Shown here piece by piece: positions 31,197-41,929 of a DNA stretch of 63,716 nucleotides. The stretch comes from Actinomycetota bacterium (GTDB lineage Bacteria > Actinomycetota > Actinomycetes > Actinomycetales > Microbacteriaceae). The notes under the pieces are model-generated. The model worked only from the letters and a program-made list of their open reading frames with translations, was not told the origin of the DNA and did not search any database. Both the position numbers and the translations under genes were made by a program. The first letter of the stretch is position 1; the number at the start of each line of letters is the position of its first letter. The stretch is taken from NCBI GenBank assembly GCA_041179025.1, contig JBEGUF010000035.1:1-63716 (forward strand), given 5' to 3'.

Positions 31197-32789
31197 ATGA
31201 CTGCCGACAAGCCAGACTACTCAACCACCGCGGGAAAACTCGCCGATCTGCACGACCGTTACTACCAGGCGGTTCACGCCAGTGGCGACGCCGCAATCGA
31301 AAAGCAGCACGCCAAGGGTAAGAAGACCGCCCGCGAGCGCATTGAAATGTTGCTAGACCCTGGTTCGTTCGTTGAACTAGACGAGTTCGTCCGCCACCGC
31401 TCAACCGCTTTTGGCATGGAGAAAAACCGTCCCTACGGAGACGCCGTGGTTACTGGTGTCGGTACCATCCAAGGCCGTCAGGTAGCTCTGTTCTCTCAAG
31501 ACTTCACCATCTTCGGTGGCTCACTCGGCGAGGCCGCCGGTAACAAGATCATCAAGGTAATGGATCTAGCCATCGCCACCGGTGTGCCACTAATCGGAAT
31601 CCTCGACTCGGGAGGTGCGCGTATCCAAGAGGGCGTTATCGCCCTGGGTAAGTACGGAGAAATCTTCAAGCGCAACACCATGGCTTCGGGCGTTATCCCC
31701 CAGATCTCACTCATCATGGGTCCGGCTGCTGGCGGTGCCGTTTACTCCCCGGCTCTAACCGACTTCGTGATCATGGTCGATAAGACCTCGAACATGTTCG
31801 TTACCGGCCCAGACGTCATTAAGACGGTAACCGGCGAGGACGTTGGCATGGAAGAGCTCGGTGGAGCCCTCACCCACAACAAAACCTCGGGCGTTGCTCA
31901 CTATCTAGCCTCAGACGAAGACGATGCAATCGACTACTGCCGTAACCTGTTGAGTTATCTTCCAGAAAACAATCTGAGTGAAACCGTGGTCTACGACGGT
32001 GCCGGTGAACTTGAAATAACCGAGGCTGACCGCGCGCTAAACACGATCATCCCGGACTCACCCAATCAGCCTTACGACATGCAGGAAATCATCGAGGCAA
32101 TTGTCGATGGTAATGAATTCCTAGAAGTCCAGCCGCTTTTTGCGCCGAACATCCTGATTGGTTTTGCTCGAGTCGATGGCCGAAGCGTTGGAATCGTGGC
32201 CAACCAGCCGTCGCAAATGGCCGGAACTCTCAACATTGAAGCCGGTGAAAAGGCGGCTCGTTTCGTTCGTTTCTGCGACGCCTTCTCGATTCCTATCCTC
32301 ACTCTCGTCGACGTGCCAGGCTACCTGCCCGGAACCGACCAAGAGTGGGCGGGTGTGATTCGCCGTGGTGCAAAGTTGCTTTACGCCTACGCCGAAGCAA
32401 CTGTTCCTCTGGTAACCGTTATCACCCGCAAGGCTTACGGAGGCGCTTACATCGTTATGGGCTCAAAGCAGCTCGGAGCCGACATCAACCTGGCCTGGCC
32501 AACTGCCGAAATCGCGGTTATGGGCGGTCAGGGCGCCGTGAACATTTTGTTCCGAAATGAGATCAAGGCCGCCGAAGAGTCTGGTCAAGACGTGGCAGCG
32601 GTTCGCGCGAAGCTGGCGGCTGAATACACCTACAACGTGGCTAGCCCGTTCCTAGCTGCTGAGCGAGGCGAGCTCGACGGAATCATCGAACCAGCCGCCA
32701 CTCGCATCGATGTAATTAAATCGCTTCGCGCGCTTCGTACCAAGCGTGCCAGTCTGCCACCGAAAAAGCACGGAAACATTCCGCTGTAA
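31197..32789 (+). CDS. Acyl-CoA carboxylase beta (carboxyltransferase) subunit
   Basis: [37 protein letters not shown]; ATG 31197 chosen as start. Confidence 0.96.
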   Translation: MTADKPDYSTTAGKLADLHDRYYQAVHASGDAAIEKQHAKGKKTARERIEMLLDPGSFVELDEFVRHRSTAFGMEKNRPYGDAVVTGVGTIQGRQVALFSQDFTIFGGSLGEAAGNKIIKVMDLAIATGVPLIGILDSGGARIQEGVIALGKYGEIFKRNTMASGVIPQISLIMGPAAGGAVYSPALTDFVIMVDKTSNMFVTGPDVIKTVTGEDVGMEELGGALTHNKTSGVAHYLASDEDDAIDYCRNLLSYLPENNLSETVVYDGAGELEITEADRALNTIIPDSPNQPYDMQEIIEAIVDGNEFLEVQPLFAPNILIGFARVDGRSVGIVANQPSQMAGTLNIEAGEKAARFVRFCDAFSIPILTLVDVPGYLPGTDQEWAGVIRRGAKLLYAYAEATVPLVTVITRKAYGGAYIVMGSKQLGADINLAWPTAEIAVMGGQGAVNILFRNEIKAAEESGQDVAAVRAKLAAEYTYNVASPFLAAERGELDGIIEPAATRIDVIKSLRALRTKRASLPPKKHGNIPL

Positions 32790-33028
32790 TGAGTGAGCAA
32801 GAGGAAATCCAACAGCAGCTCGATGTGGTTCGCGGCAATCCAACCGATGCCGAACTGGCTACCGTGATCGCAGTGCTAAACGCAGCAATCAACGACGCCG
32901 AAGCGGCAAAGGTCCGGGCTCCAAAACATTACCGGTCGACGTGGGGGCGCAACTCGGCAATCCTCCGTGGAAGCCTTACTCCTGGCTTTGGCCAGTGGTC
33001 TGCTAGTAGCAGACCTGGCCTCGACTAG
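32789..33028 (+). CDS. Acyl-CoA carboxylase epsilon subunit
   Basis: VVRGNPTDAELA motif; coupled to the beta subunit. Confidence 0.88.
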   Translation: MSEQEEIQQQLDVVRGNPTDAELATVIAVLNAAINDAEAAKVRAPKHYRSTWGRNSAILRGSLTPGFGQWSASSRPGLD

Positions 33029-33032
33029 CGAC

Positions 33033-33052
33033 TATCCCCTAAAAAGCGGACA
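33033..33052. promoter_or_regulatory. Imperfect palindrome TATCCCCT-AAAA-AGCGGACA, candidate NarL/LuxR-type operator
   Basis: 6 of 8 arm positions symmetric; lies just upstream of a predicted promoter; a NarL-type regulator is encoded nearby. Confidence 0.4.
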
Positions 33053-33061
33053 CACTGGCGG

Positions 33062-33090
33062 TTGGGATCCCCTGTTTCCAAATACATACT
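33062..33090 (+). promoter_or_regulatory. Predicted sigma70-type promoter TTGGGA-N17-CATACT
   Basis: -35 at 33062-33067, 17-nt spacer, -10 at 33085-33090. Confidence 0.4.
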
Positions 33091-33096
33091 TGGCAT

Positions 33097-33199
33097 AAGG
33101 AATCGTTTGAGGCTAGGGGCCTTGGGTTCTGGGGTGGGTCTGGTGACAGACTTCGGGGCTAAAGATCCGGTGAAGAAATTCACCGGTTTTCTTTTTTTT
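33097..33199 (+). ncRNA. Candidate G-tract small RNA
   Basis: No ATG on the + strand; hairpins GAGGC-TAGGG-GCCTT (33109-33123) and GTCTG-GTGA-CAGAC (33138-33151); repeated GGG(G) tracts; ends in an intrinsic terminator. Confidence 0.45.
33167..33199 (+). terminator. Intrinsic terminator, possibly bidirectional
   Basis: CCGGTGAA-GAAA-TTCACCGG perfect 8-bp stem followed by TTTTCTTTTTTTT. Confidence 0.85.
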
Positions 33200-34163
33200 A
33201 AAACTTGAGCCAAAGATCTGGAGCCTGAGTTCCGGGCCTGGTGGCAATTAGCGTTACCAACCAACGCTCGCCAAGGGGCGATCGGACCACAATTTTTCCG
33301 GATGAAACCGAATCGATTGCATTAGCAACTTTGGCAAGGATGTTTTCCAACTCTACGGAACTGAGGTCGACTAAACCGCCCTCATCCAACAACACCACTT
33401 CCACGCCACGCAATCGGGCCAGCTTGGTGGACTGTCGCACTTGTGCGTTCACTAGACCACGCCCACGAATGTCATCTCTAAGGCCAGCCTCGAGTTGCAT
33501 CAGTTCTTCACGTCCCCGGCCGTTGGCATCCCAGCTATTCGAAGAAATAGCACTCAGTGCCGGCAAAGCTTCTCGTAGTACGTGCTGAAGGCGCTGGCGT
33601 CGCTCGGAACCCGATGCCTTGGCGCTGATGATCGCAGCCTCGGTGGCGATTTCGGTTTTTTGTAGCTCCTCTACCTCGCGGTCGGCTCGGATAACCGCTC
33701 TGGCGGTCGCCTGTCCGGCTGCGATGAGAATCAGCATTCCCTCAAGACCGACTTCACCCAATTCACCAAGCCCGCCTTTGAAGTAAACGGCAATCGTGAC
33801 CAAAATAGCCGCAGACCAAGCCAGCTTTGCCTGACCCCTCGCGGCGAGAACGCCGAGCAGCGCGCCCATCCCACCCACGTACCAGGTGGCGTAGGGATCG
33901 GAGTGATCGTCGGCGATTCCGGCGCTGGCCACAACAGCCGTGGCTACTGCTCCGATGGCAACCAGGGCTCCATACCTTGGCCCAATCAAGAGCCCTGGGC
34001 TAGCCGACACCGAAACTGTAAGGGACCCGAGATAAATAGCCACGGCCATAATCAAGAGCCAGAAATTGGTGTAGCTCTCCCACGCCAGAACTCCAATCAC
34101 CGCGTGCCAGGTTCCAAACGAAATTGAAACTAAGGCGAGTAACCACCTGGGCGTTCTAAGCAT
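33198..34163 (-). CDS. Membrane protein resembling a degenerate histidine kinase (pseudokinase)
   Basis: Several TM helices, coiled coil, LEAGLRDDIRG and RGVEVVLLDEG; no H-box in the HD context and no N/G boxes. Confidence 0.7.
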   Translation of the reverse strand: MLRTPRWLLALVSISFGTWHAVIGVLAWESYTNFWLLIMAVAIYLGSLTVSVSASPGLLIGPRYGALVAIGAVATAVVASAGIADDHSDPYATWYVGGMGALLGVLAARGQAKLAWSAAILVTIAVYFKGGLGELGEVGLEGMLILIAAGQATARAVIRADREVEELQKTEIATEAAIISAKASGSERRQRLQHVLREALPALSAISSNSWDANGRGREELMQLEAGLRDDIRGRGLVNAQVRQSTKLARLRGVEVVLLDEGGLVDLSSVELENILAKVANAIDSVSSGKIVVRSPLGERWLVTLIATRPGTQAPDLWLKF

Positions 34164-35364
34164 TCGGCACCCACTTCAAAATCACGGTGGCACCCTTGCG
34201 CGGTTCGGATTGGATGTTTACCGTAGCTCCCACCGACACCACACGACGACGGATTGAGTGCCGAACTCCCAAACGATTGGCTGGAATCTTGGACTCCCGA
34301 AAACCGCGGCCGTCGTCTTTGACCACGATTTTCAAACCGCGCTGGTCGGCACGCAGTCGCACCTGACGAACCGCGTTATTCCCGGCATGTTGCATTGAGT
34401 TGGTTAGCGCCTGGATTGAAGCATCCGCCAAGGCGATACCAACGGAAATAGGAAGCGAGAAATCAACCTCTTTCGTGATGCTAATTTCAGCCGCTGGAAA
34501 CGATCGTGTGAGGCTTTCGGTTAACGTGTCGATGAATGAGTAAACCGACACATCGTCGAGTTGGCTGGAATCTTCCTTGGCTGCCTTTTGCAGTCGGTCG
34601 ATGGCCTGCGTAGCACTCTCGGCAGCTAGCATGCGCTGCTCTGGCGAGGTAGCCTGCGCGGCTAAGAGAACGGTGGTGAGAACCTGATCATGAACCAAAT
34701 CGTCTAGTTTTCGACGTTCTCGCTCGGCGGCGTCGGCTGCCGCGCGGTTTACCGAAGCCTCGGCAACTTCGTCATTCTTCTGATCCACGTCGGCGGCCGC
34801 GCTTCGAAGCATCCCCACCAACGCCAGCACGGCCACCGCGTAAAGCAATGCATAAGTGGCATCCAAAAGCGCGGTTCCCAGGTCTTCATCTCCGCCGGCC
34901 GGAGTCATTCTTAAAAATAAGTAGCTAATTGGAACAAACCCGAGGAAAGCGAAAGACCACCACTTGGGAATGAACATACCCATGGCCATAGTTGCCGTGC
35001 CGGTCCACCACCACAACCAAGAACGGTAATCTTCGGGAAACTCAGCTACACCGGCCATGGCCACGGGGTAAAGCACGAAAGCTAAGAGGTAGGCGACACC
35101 GTGAAAAAGGTAAACGTATTTTCTGGCCGAACCGAACCAGAATGTGTAAACGGCCGCTAACTGAGCCAAAAGAATCAGCCCAACGGACGCGAAATGGATG
35201 GTTGCGTTTCCCAAATTAGCGTGTGGGATGGCGATGGTAAATACCTGAAGAATCGACATCGCTGTGGCAGCAAGAGAGAAAACACGTCCGGTAATTTTTT
35301 CGATGCGCGTTACCGCAAACGTCGAGCGACTTCTTGCAGTTCCCAATTTATTCGAGTAGCCCAT
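34156..35364 (-). CDS. HisKA_3-type membrane sensor histidine kinase
   Basis: About 5 TM; H-box LVHDQVL, N-box ALTNSMQHA, G1 DDGRGF, G2 LGV..SI. Confidence 0.88.
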   Translation of the reverse strand: MGYSNKLGTARSRSTFAVTRIEKITGRVFSLAATAMSILQVFTIAIPHANLGNATIHFASVGLILLAQLAAVYTFWFGSARKYVYLFHGVAYLLAFVLYPVAMAGVAEFPEDYRSWLWWWTGTATMAMGMFIPKWWSFAFLGFVPISYLFLRMTPAGGDEDLGTALLDATYALLYAVAVLALVGMLRSAAADVDQKNDEVAEASVNRAAADAAERERRKLDDLVHDQVLTTVLLAAQATSPEQRMLAAESATQAIDRLQKAAKEDSSQLDDVSVYSFIDTLTESLTRSFPAAEISITKEVDFSLPISVGIALADASIQALTNSMQHAGNNAVRQVRLRADQRGLKIVVKDDGRGFRESKIPANRLGVRHSIRRRVVSVGATVNIQSEPRKGATVILKWVPNA

Positions 35365-36010
35365 CTTCTTGGGCGCGCTTCAAAAACTCGGTCTTGTCGG
35401 TAACCGGGCGGCCAACGTTTGCATACTTGGTTCGAACTCGGTCGATATATTCCTTCACCGAACTCGTCATGAGATTCAATTCAAACGCAATCTGTTTTTG
35501 AGAAAGCCCCGAGGCATAGAGCGAAAGAACCTGGATCTCGCGAGGAGACAACTTTGCGTCTTTTTTGAAATCAATATCAGAATCGATCGTCGCCGTGGTC
35601 TGCAGGTTGTTTACCAAGCGGCCGTGAGCGGCCAGGTAGATGGTTTCGGCAAGGCTCTGCATGCTCTGTGACTTGGTTACCAGGGCAACCGCACCGGCTA
35701 AAAGAGCAGCGCGATTCAGGGCAGCCTTGTCGCCGATGGAATAGACCAAAACCTGAATGTCGCGCTCCACGAATGCTTTGACGTTATCGGTAACGTGCGA
35801 ACCATCAGCCAGAGAGAGATCCAAGACAGCAACCTGAGGCTTTCTATCGCCTAGCGCTTCAATGCACTCCGAAACACTTGGCGCTTCCGCGAGCAACTCA
35901 AAATTGTAGGCTTCGCAAGTCGACTTGAAACCAAATCGTATGGCATCGTGATCATCAACAATTACCACCGAGGTTGAATCGGTGGTGAAGTCGATGATGC
36001 TTCCATTCAT
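35348..36010 (-). CDS. NarL/LuxR-family response regulator
   Basis: VVIVDDHD, VLDLSL phosphoacceptor, LSPREIQVL..YASG...KQIA HTH. Confidence 0.9.
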   Translation of the reverse strand: MNGSIIDFTTDSTSVVIVDDHDAIRFGFKSTCEAYNFELLAEAPSVSECIEALGDRKPQVAVLDLSLADGSHVTDNVKAFVERDIQVLVYSIGDKAALNRAALLAGAVALVTKSQSMQSLAETIYLAAHGRLVNNLQTTATIDSDIDFKKDAKLSPREIQVLSLYASGLSQKQIAFELNLMTSSVKEYIDRVRTKYANVGRPVTDKTEFLKRAQEDGLLE

Positions 36011-37215
36011 TTGCGAACTAGGCTCGCAATCGTTTCTAGGTGGTGAGTGTGTGGGAATAGATCGAATGAACGAATACCGGCAAGCTCGTAGTGTTCGAGC
36101 AAAGTCTTCAAATCTCTCGCCAAAGCGATTGGATCGCAGGCAACGTAAACGATGTGCTTCGGCGCTAACTTGAGCAACTGGCCAACCACCTTGCCGCCAG
36201 CACCTGAGCGCGGTGGGTCGAGAACCACGGTGGCCTCGCCGGTCTCGTCCTTGTGGATTGCCATAAATCGTTCAACCGGCTCGCAAACCGCCTTCACGTT
36301 TGGCAAATCTTTTAGATTCAGCGTGGCATCGGCGGTGGCCTGCTTGAAAGATTCCACGGTAGTCATACGAAGCGATTCGCCAAATTTAGCCGCGATAGTT
36401 CCGGTGAACAAACCAACACCGCCGTAAAGATCGAGGTTGTTGGCGTCTAGTTTGAGGCAGCCGGCTTTTGCTATAAATTCGTTCACGGCCGAGGTGAGCA
36501 CATCCGGCGCCTTACGGTGAACCTGCCAAAATCCGCCACCGGTGATTCGGAAAGTTCTTCCACCGGCACGTTCGATTAGGCGCTCATCTCCCTGAAGTTT
36601 TTTGTCGATTAGCCACTGCACCTGGCCGGTGCTGGAAGCCATAACTTCGATCTTTTCAACGCTCTGGTAATTCTTGTGATGGAACTCAAGTTCCTGAATA
36701 TCTTCGGTTGCCAGCGGCAGGGTCTTTACGCGAACCACTTCGTGGCTGCGTTCGCGGTAAGGGCCAACAAAACCCTGCTCGTCGACGTGCAATTGAATTC
36801 TTGAGCGATAGCCAAGGCCATTGTTTTCGTCGTCGCCAGGGGCAGCCTCAACCGCTACTCGCATTTTCAGGCCGGCAAAACGGTCGAGTGCCTCTTCCAA
36901 AACATCGGCCTTCAATTCACGCTGACGAGCCAACTTAATGTGCCCAAACTCAGCACCACCGGCTCCACCAACGCCGCCTTCAGCCCAAATGTGAGGGACT
37001 CGATCTCCGGACGGTTCCAGAATGTCGATTGGTTCGGCACGGCAAAAACCTTTGCCACCGTCTTCGAAAACCCGCACTTTGGCGCGCTCTCCCGGAAGCA
37101 CGTGTGACACAAAGACCACACGGCCTTCATGACGTGCCACGAAGATGCCGCCGTGGGCCACCTTCTCAATTACCACTTCGAAGGAGCGGCCTACCCAGGA
37201 TTCAGTCTTATTCAC
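36007..37215 (-). CDS. TRAM-domain RNA m5U methyltransferase (RlmD/TrmA family)
   Basis: N-terminal TRAM, FWQVH, DLYGGVGLF, LDPPRSG, YVACDP, DLFPHTHHLE. Confidence 0.92.
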   Translation of the reverse strand: MNKTESWVGRSFEVVIEKVAHGGIFVARHEGRVVFVSHVLPGERAKVRVFEDGGKGFCRAEPIDILEPSGDRVPHIWAEGGVGGAGGAEFGHIKLARQRELKADVLEEALDRFAGLKMRVAVEAAPGDDENNGLGYRSRIQLHVDEQGFVGPYRERSHEVVRVKTLPLATEDIQELEFHHKNYQSVEKIEVMASSTGQVQWLIDKKLQGDERLIERAGGRTFRITGGGFWQVHRKAPDVLTSAVNEFIAKAGCLKLDANNLDLYGGVGLFTGTIAAKFGESLRMTTVESFKQATADATLNLKDLPNVKAVCEPVERFMAIHKDETGEATVVLDPPRSGAGGKVVGQLLKLAPKHIVYVACDPIALARDLKTLLEHYELAGIRSFDLFPHTHHLETIASLVRK

Positions 37216-37240
37216 CTCTCAAGTGTGCCAGAATCTAGGC

Positions 37241-37873
37241 GTGACTCGCCTAGTTCTCGCATCAACTTCTCCAGCCCGCCTTTCACTGCTTCGCGCGGGA
37301 GGCATCGAGCCAATCACGATTTCGCCAGGAGTCGATGAAGAAGCGGTAGCGGCGAGAGCCGAATCCATGGGGCTAATTGGTTCATCGCAAGACCTCGTGT
37401 TGCTTTTGGCAAAGGCAAAGGCCGAAGCCGTGGTCGCTCACCCCGACGCTCAAAATGCCATCATCATCGGTTGCGATTCGGCTCTAGAGTTTTGCGGGAA
37501 AACTCTTGGAAAGCCGCACGAACCCGAGGTTGCCAAAGCTCGGTGGCGAGAATTACGAGGAAACTCGGGAACTCTCCACTCAGGCCACTGGCTGATCGAC
37601 AATCGAACCGGAATTATCAGCCCTCCAGCCACTGGCAAAACTTCCTCCACAACCGTTCATTTCGCCAACATCTCAGACGCTGAAATCGATGCCTATGTGG
37701 CCACCGGAGAACCGCTCAAAGTTGCCGGTGCCTTCACGGTGGACGGGCTCGGTGGCGCTTTCCTTTCCAAAATCGAAGGCGATACCCACACGGTTATCGG
37801 TCTTTCCCTGCCAACTCTTCGCGATTTGAGCCAGGTGCTAGGTGTCGAATATACGAGTTACTGGAACCGCTAA
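37241..37873 (+). CDS. maf: Maf-family nucleotide pyrophosphatase
   Basis: [27 protein letters not shown]; GTG 37241 chosen as start. Confidence 0.93.
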   Translation: MTRLVLASTSPARLSLLRAGGIEPITISPGVDEEAVAARAESMGLIGSSQDLVLLLAKAKAEAVVAHPDAQNAIIIGCDSALEFCGKTLGKPHEPEVAKARWRELRGNSGTLHSGHWLIDNRTGIISPPATGKTSSTTVHFANISDAEIDAYVATGEPLKVAGAFTVDGLGGAFLSKIEGDTHTVIGLSLPTLRDLSQVLGVEYTSYWNR

Positions 37874-37902
37874 ATCCCTTACAAACGAATAGGCTTGTCT
37901 GC

Positions 37903-39669
<1,767 letters not shown>

Positions 39670-39672
39670 AAC

Positions 39673-41091
39673 CTAAACGTTCGGGCGGTGAAGTGCCCTG
39701 GCCGCTTCGGTAACCGAGGCCGACATCGACGGGTAAACCGCGAAAGTCTTCGCCACCTGGTCGACGTTTAGTCGGTTTTCTACCGCGAGCGCAATCGGGT
39801 AAATCAGTTCACTAGCCCTTGGGGCCACAACCACGCCACCGATTACTGTTCCTGAACCGGCTGAGCAAAATAGCTTCACAAATCCGTCTTGGATGCCGCC
39901 GATTTTGGCTCGAGGGTTGGTATCCAGCATCACCTTGAAAATTGAACCGTCTACTAGGCCTTCTTCGATGGCCTTCTGTGACCAACCGACCGAGGCGATT
40001 TCCGGGTTGGTGAAAACGTTTGAAGCCACATTTCGTAATTCCGCCGGCATGGCCACATCTCCCATGGTGTGGAACACCGCGGTTCGTCCTTGCATGGCAC
40101 TAACCGACGCTAAAGGTAGGAACGTGGTGCAGTCGCCCACTCCGTAAACGTTGGCACGGCTGGTTCTGGCTACCTTATTCACCACGATGTGACCGGTTTC
40201 GTTGAGTTCGATGCCGGCTTCTTCGAGGCCGAGGCCAGCGGTATTTGGAATCGATCCAACCGCGATCAAGCAGTGCGAACCCTTCACCACGGTTCCGTCT
40301 GAGAGCGTTACCTCAACACCGTTACCGGTGTTTACAGCCGACTCCGCACGAGACTTGCTTAGAACCTGCATTCCGTTCCTACGGAAAACATCTTCGATCA
40401 GCTGGGCTGCGTCTTGGTCTTCACCGGGTAGAACGGTGTCTCGCGAGGAAATTAGGGTGACCTGCGAACCCAGTCCGCGATAGGCGGAAGCAAATTCGGC
40501 GCCCGTTACACCCGAACCAACCACGATCATGTGTTCGGGAAGTTCTTTGATGTTGTAAAGATCAACCCAGGTGAGGATTCTTTCTCCGTCTGGCTTTGCG
40601 GTTTCCAGTGTGCGCGGGTGAGCCCCAACCGCCACGATGATGGTCTTCGCCTCGATTCGCTCTTCTTTTCCATCCTCGTGAGTGGCAAGCACAAAGTGGT
40701 TTCCGTCGAGTTTGCCGTAACCGTTGATAACGCGAACACCCTGTGCGGTGAGAGTGTTGTGCATGTCTTCAGACTGCTCTTTGGCGATGTGAAGCAGTCG
40801 GTCGTTGATGGCACCGAGATCTAGATCAACCTGCGGGTCGATGTCTTTCCCGTGAACGTGAAAACGAAGACCAAGATCGGTGGCGTGACGAACGGCATTG
40901 GCTGCATCGGCGGTGGCGATAAGTGCCTTAGACGGCACGACATCGGTTAGCACGGCTGAACCGCCAACTCCGTTGCGCTCAATTAGGGTTACCTCGGCTC
41001 CCAGCTGGACGCCGGCAAGTGCCGCTTCGTAGCCGCCAGGGCCTCCGCCAATGATTACTATGTGATGTTTCTTTTTCGATGCAGTGCTCAC
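39673..41091 (-). CDS. lpdA: NAD(P)H:quinone reductase (mycobacterial LpdA/Rv3303c type)
   Basis: GGGPGGYEAA, VLTDVVPSK (no redox disulfide), GSGVTGAE; divergent to purine nucleoside phosphorylase. Confidence 0.9.
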   Translation of the reverse strand: MSTASKKKHHIVIIGGGPGGYEAALAGVQLGAEVTLIERNGVGGSAVLTDVVPSKALIATADAANAVRHATDLGLRFHVHGKDIDPQVDLDLGAINDRLLHIAKEQSEDMHNTLTAQGVRVINGYGKLDGNHFVLATHEDGKEERIEAKTIIVAVGAHPRTLETAKPDGERILTWVDLYNIKELPEHMIVVGSGVTGAEFASAYRGLGSQVTLISSRDTVLPGEDQDAAQLIEDVFRRNGMQVLSKSRAESAVNTGNGVEVTLSDGTVVKGSHCLIAVGSIPNTAGLGLEEAGIELNETGHIVVNKVARTSRANVYGVGDCTTFLPLASVSAMQGRTAVFHTMGDVAMPAELRNVASNVFTNPEIASVGWSQKAIEEGLVDGSIFKVMLDTNPRAKIGGIQDGFVKLFCSAGSGTVIGGVVVAPRASELIYPIALAVENRLNVDQVAKTFAVYPSMSASVTEAARALHRPNV

Positions 41092-41107
41092 CCATAGAAT
41101 CTAACCC
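41092..41107. promoter_or_regulatory. Overlapping back-to-back -10 elements of two leaderless promoters
   Basis: + TAGAAT 41095-41100, 7 nt before ATG 41108; - TAGATT 41103-41098, 6 nt before GTG 41091. Confidence 0.6.
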
Positions 41108-41929
41108 ATGACGAATCTTTTAGATGATCCAAAGGCCGACCCGTTTGAGGTTGCCAAACTAGCCGCCAACCGCTTGGCCGAACTCACCGGCGTTGAATCG
41201 CACGACATAGCTCTAACGCTCGGTTCTGGCTGGGCTAAAGCCGCCGATCTGATTGGTGAGACCGTGGCAACAATCGACGCCACCGATCTACCTGGTTTCT
41301 CAAAGCCGGTGGTTGAGGGTCACGTGGCCACGATTCGCTCGATTTTGCTACCAAATGGCAAGCGCGCTCTGGTGCTCGGAGCCAGAACTCATTTTTACGA
41401 GGGCCACGGCGTTCGCCGAGTAGTTCACGGCGTTCGCACTGCCGCTGCCGCGGGAGTGAAAGTTATGGTTCTCACCAACGGTGCCGGTGGAATCAAGGAA
41501 ACCTGGAAGCCTGGAACCCCGGTGCTGATCAGCGACCACATCAACTTCACCTCGGCTTCTTCGATTGAAGGCGCAAACTTCATCGACCTCACCGACGCCT
41601 ACAGCCCGAGACTTCGCGACCTTGCCAGAACCGTCGACCCAACTCTCGACGAAGGTGTGTACATGCAGTTCCGTGGCCCTCACTATGAGACGCCGGCCGA
41701 AGTGCAGATGGCCAAGGGAATGGGAGCCCATCTGGTTGGAATGAGCACGGCCTTGGAAACCATCGCCGCCCGTGAGCGCGGAATGGAAGTATTGGGTTTC
41801 TCACTCATGACCAACTTGGCTGCTGGTATTCAAGACCACCCGCTTTCTCACGCTGAGGTGCTGGAAGCTGGGCGAGACGCCGAGAGCCGAATCAGCGCAC
41901 TGTTGGCAGAGATTATCGGCCGCATCTAA
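41108..41929 (+). CDS. punA: Purine nucleoside phosphorylase (trimeric type)
   Basis: LGSGW, RTHFYEG, LTNGAGG, GPHYETPAE, VGMST. Confidence 0.95.
   Translation: MTNLLDDPKADPFEVAKLAANRLAELTGVESHDIALTLGSGWAKAADLIGETVATIDATDLPGFSKPVVEGHVATIRSILLPNGKRALVLGARTHFYEGHGVRRVVHGVRTAAAAGVKVMVLTNGAGGIKETWKPGTPVLISDHINFTSASSIEGANFIDLTDAYSPRLRDLARTVDPTLDEGVYMQFRGPHYETPAEVQMAKGMGAHLVGMSTALETIAARERGMEVLGFSLMTNLAAGIQDHPLSHAEVLEAGRDAESRISALLAEIIGRI

Noticed and set aside
33025-33264. 79-aa minus-strand ORF across the candidate sRNA region
   Set aside because: Overlaps the upstream gene end and the terminator hairpin, with no RBS and no recognisable motif
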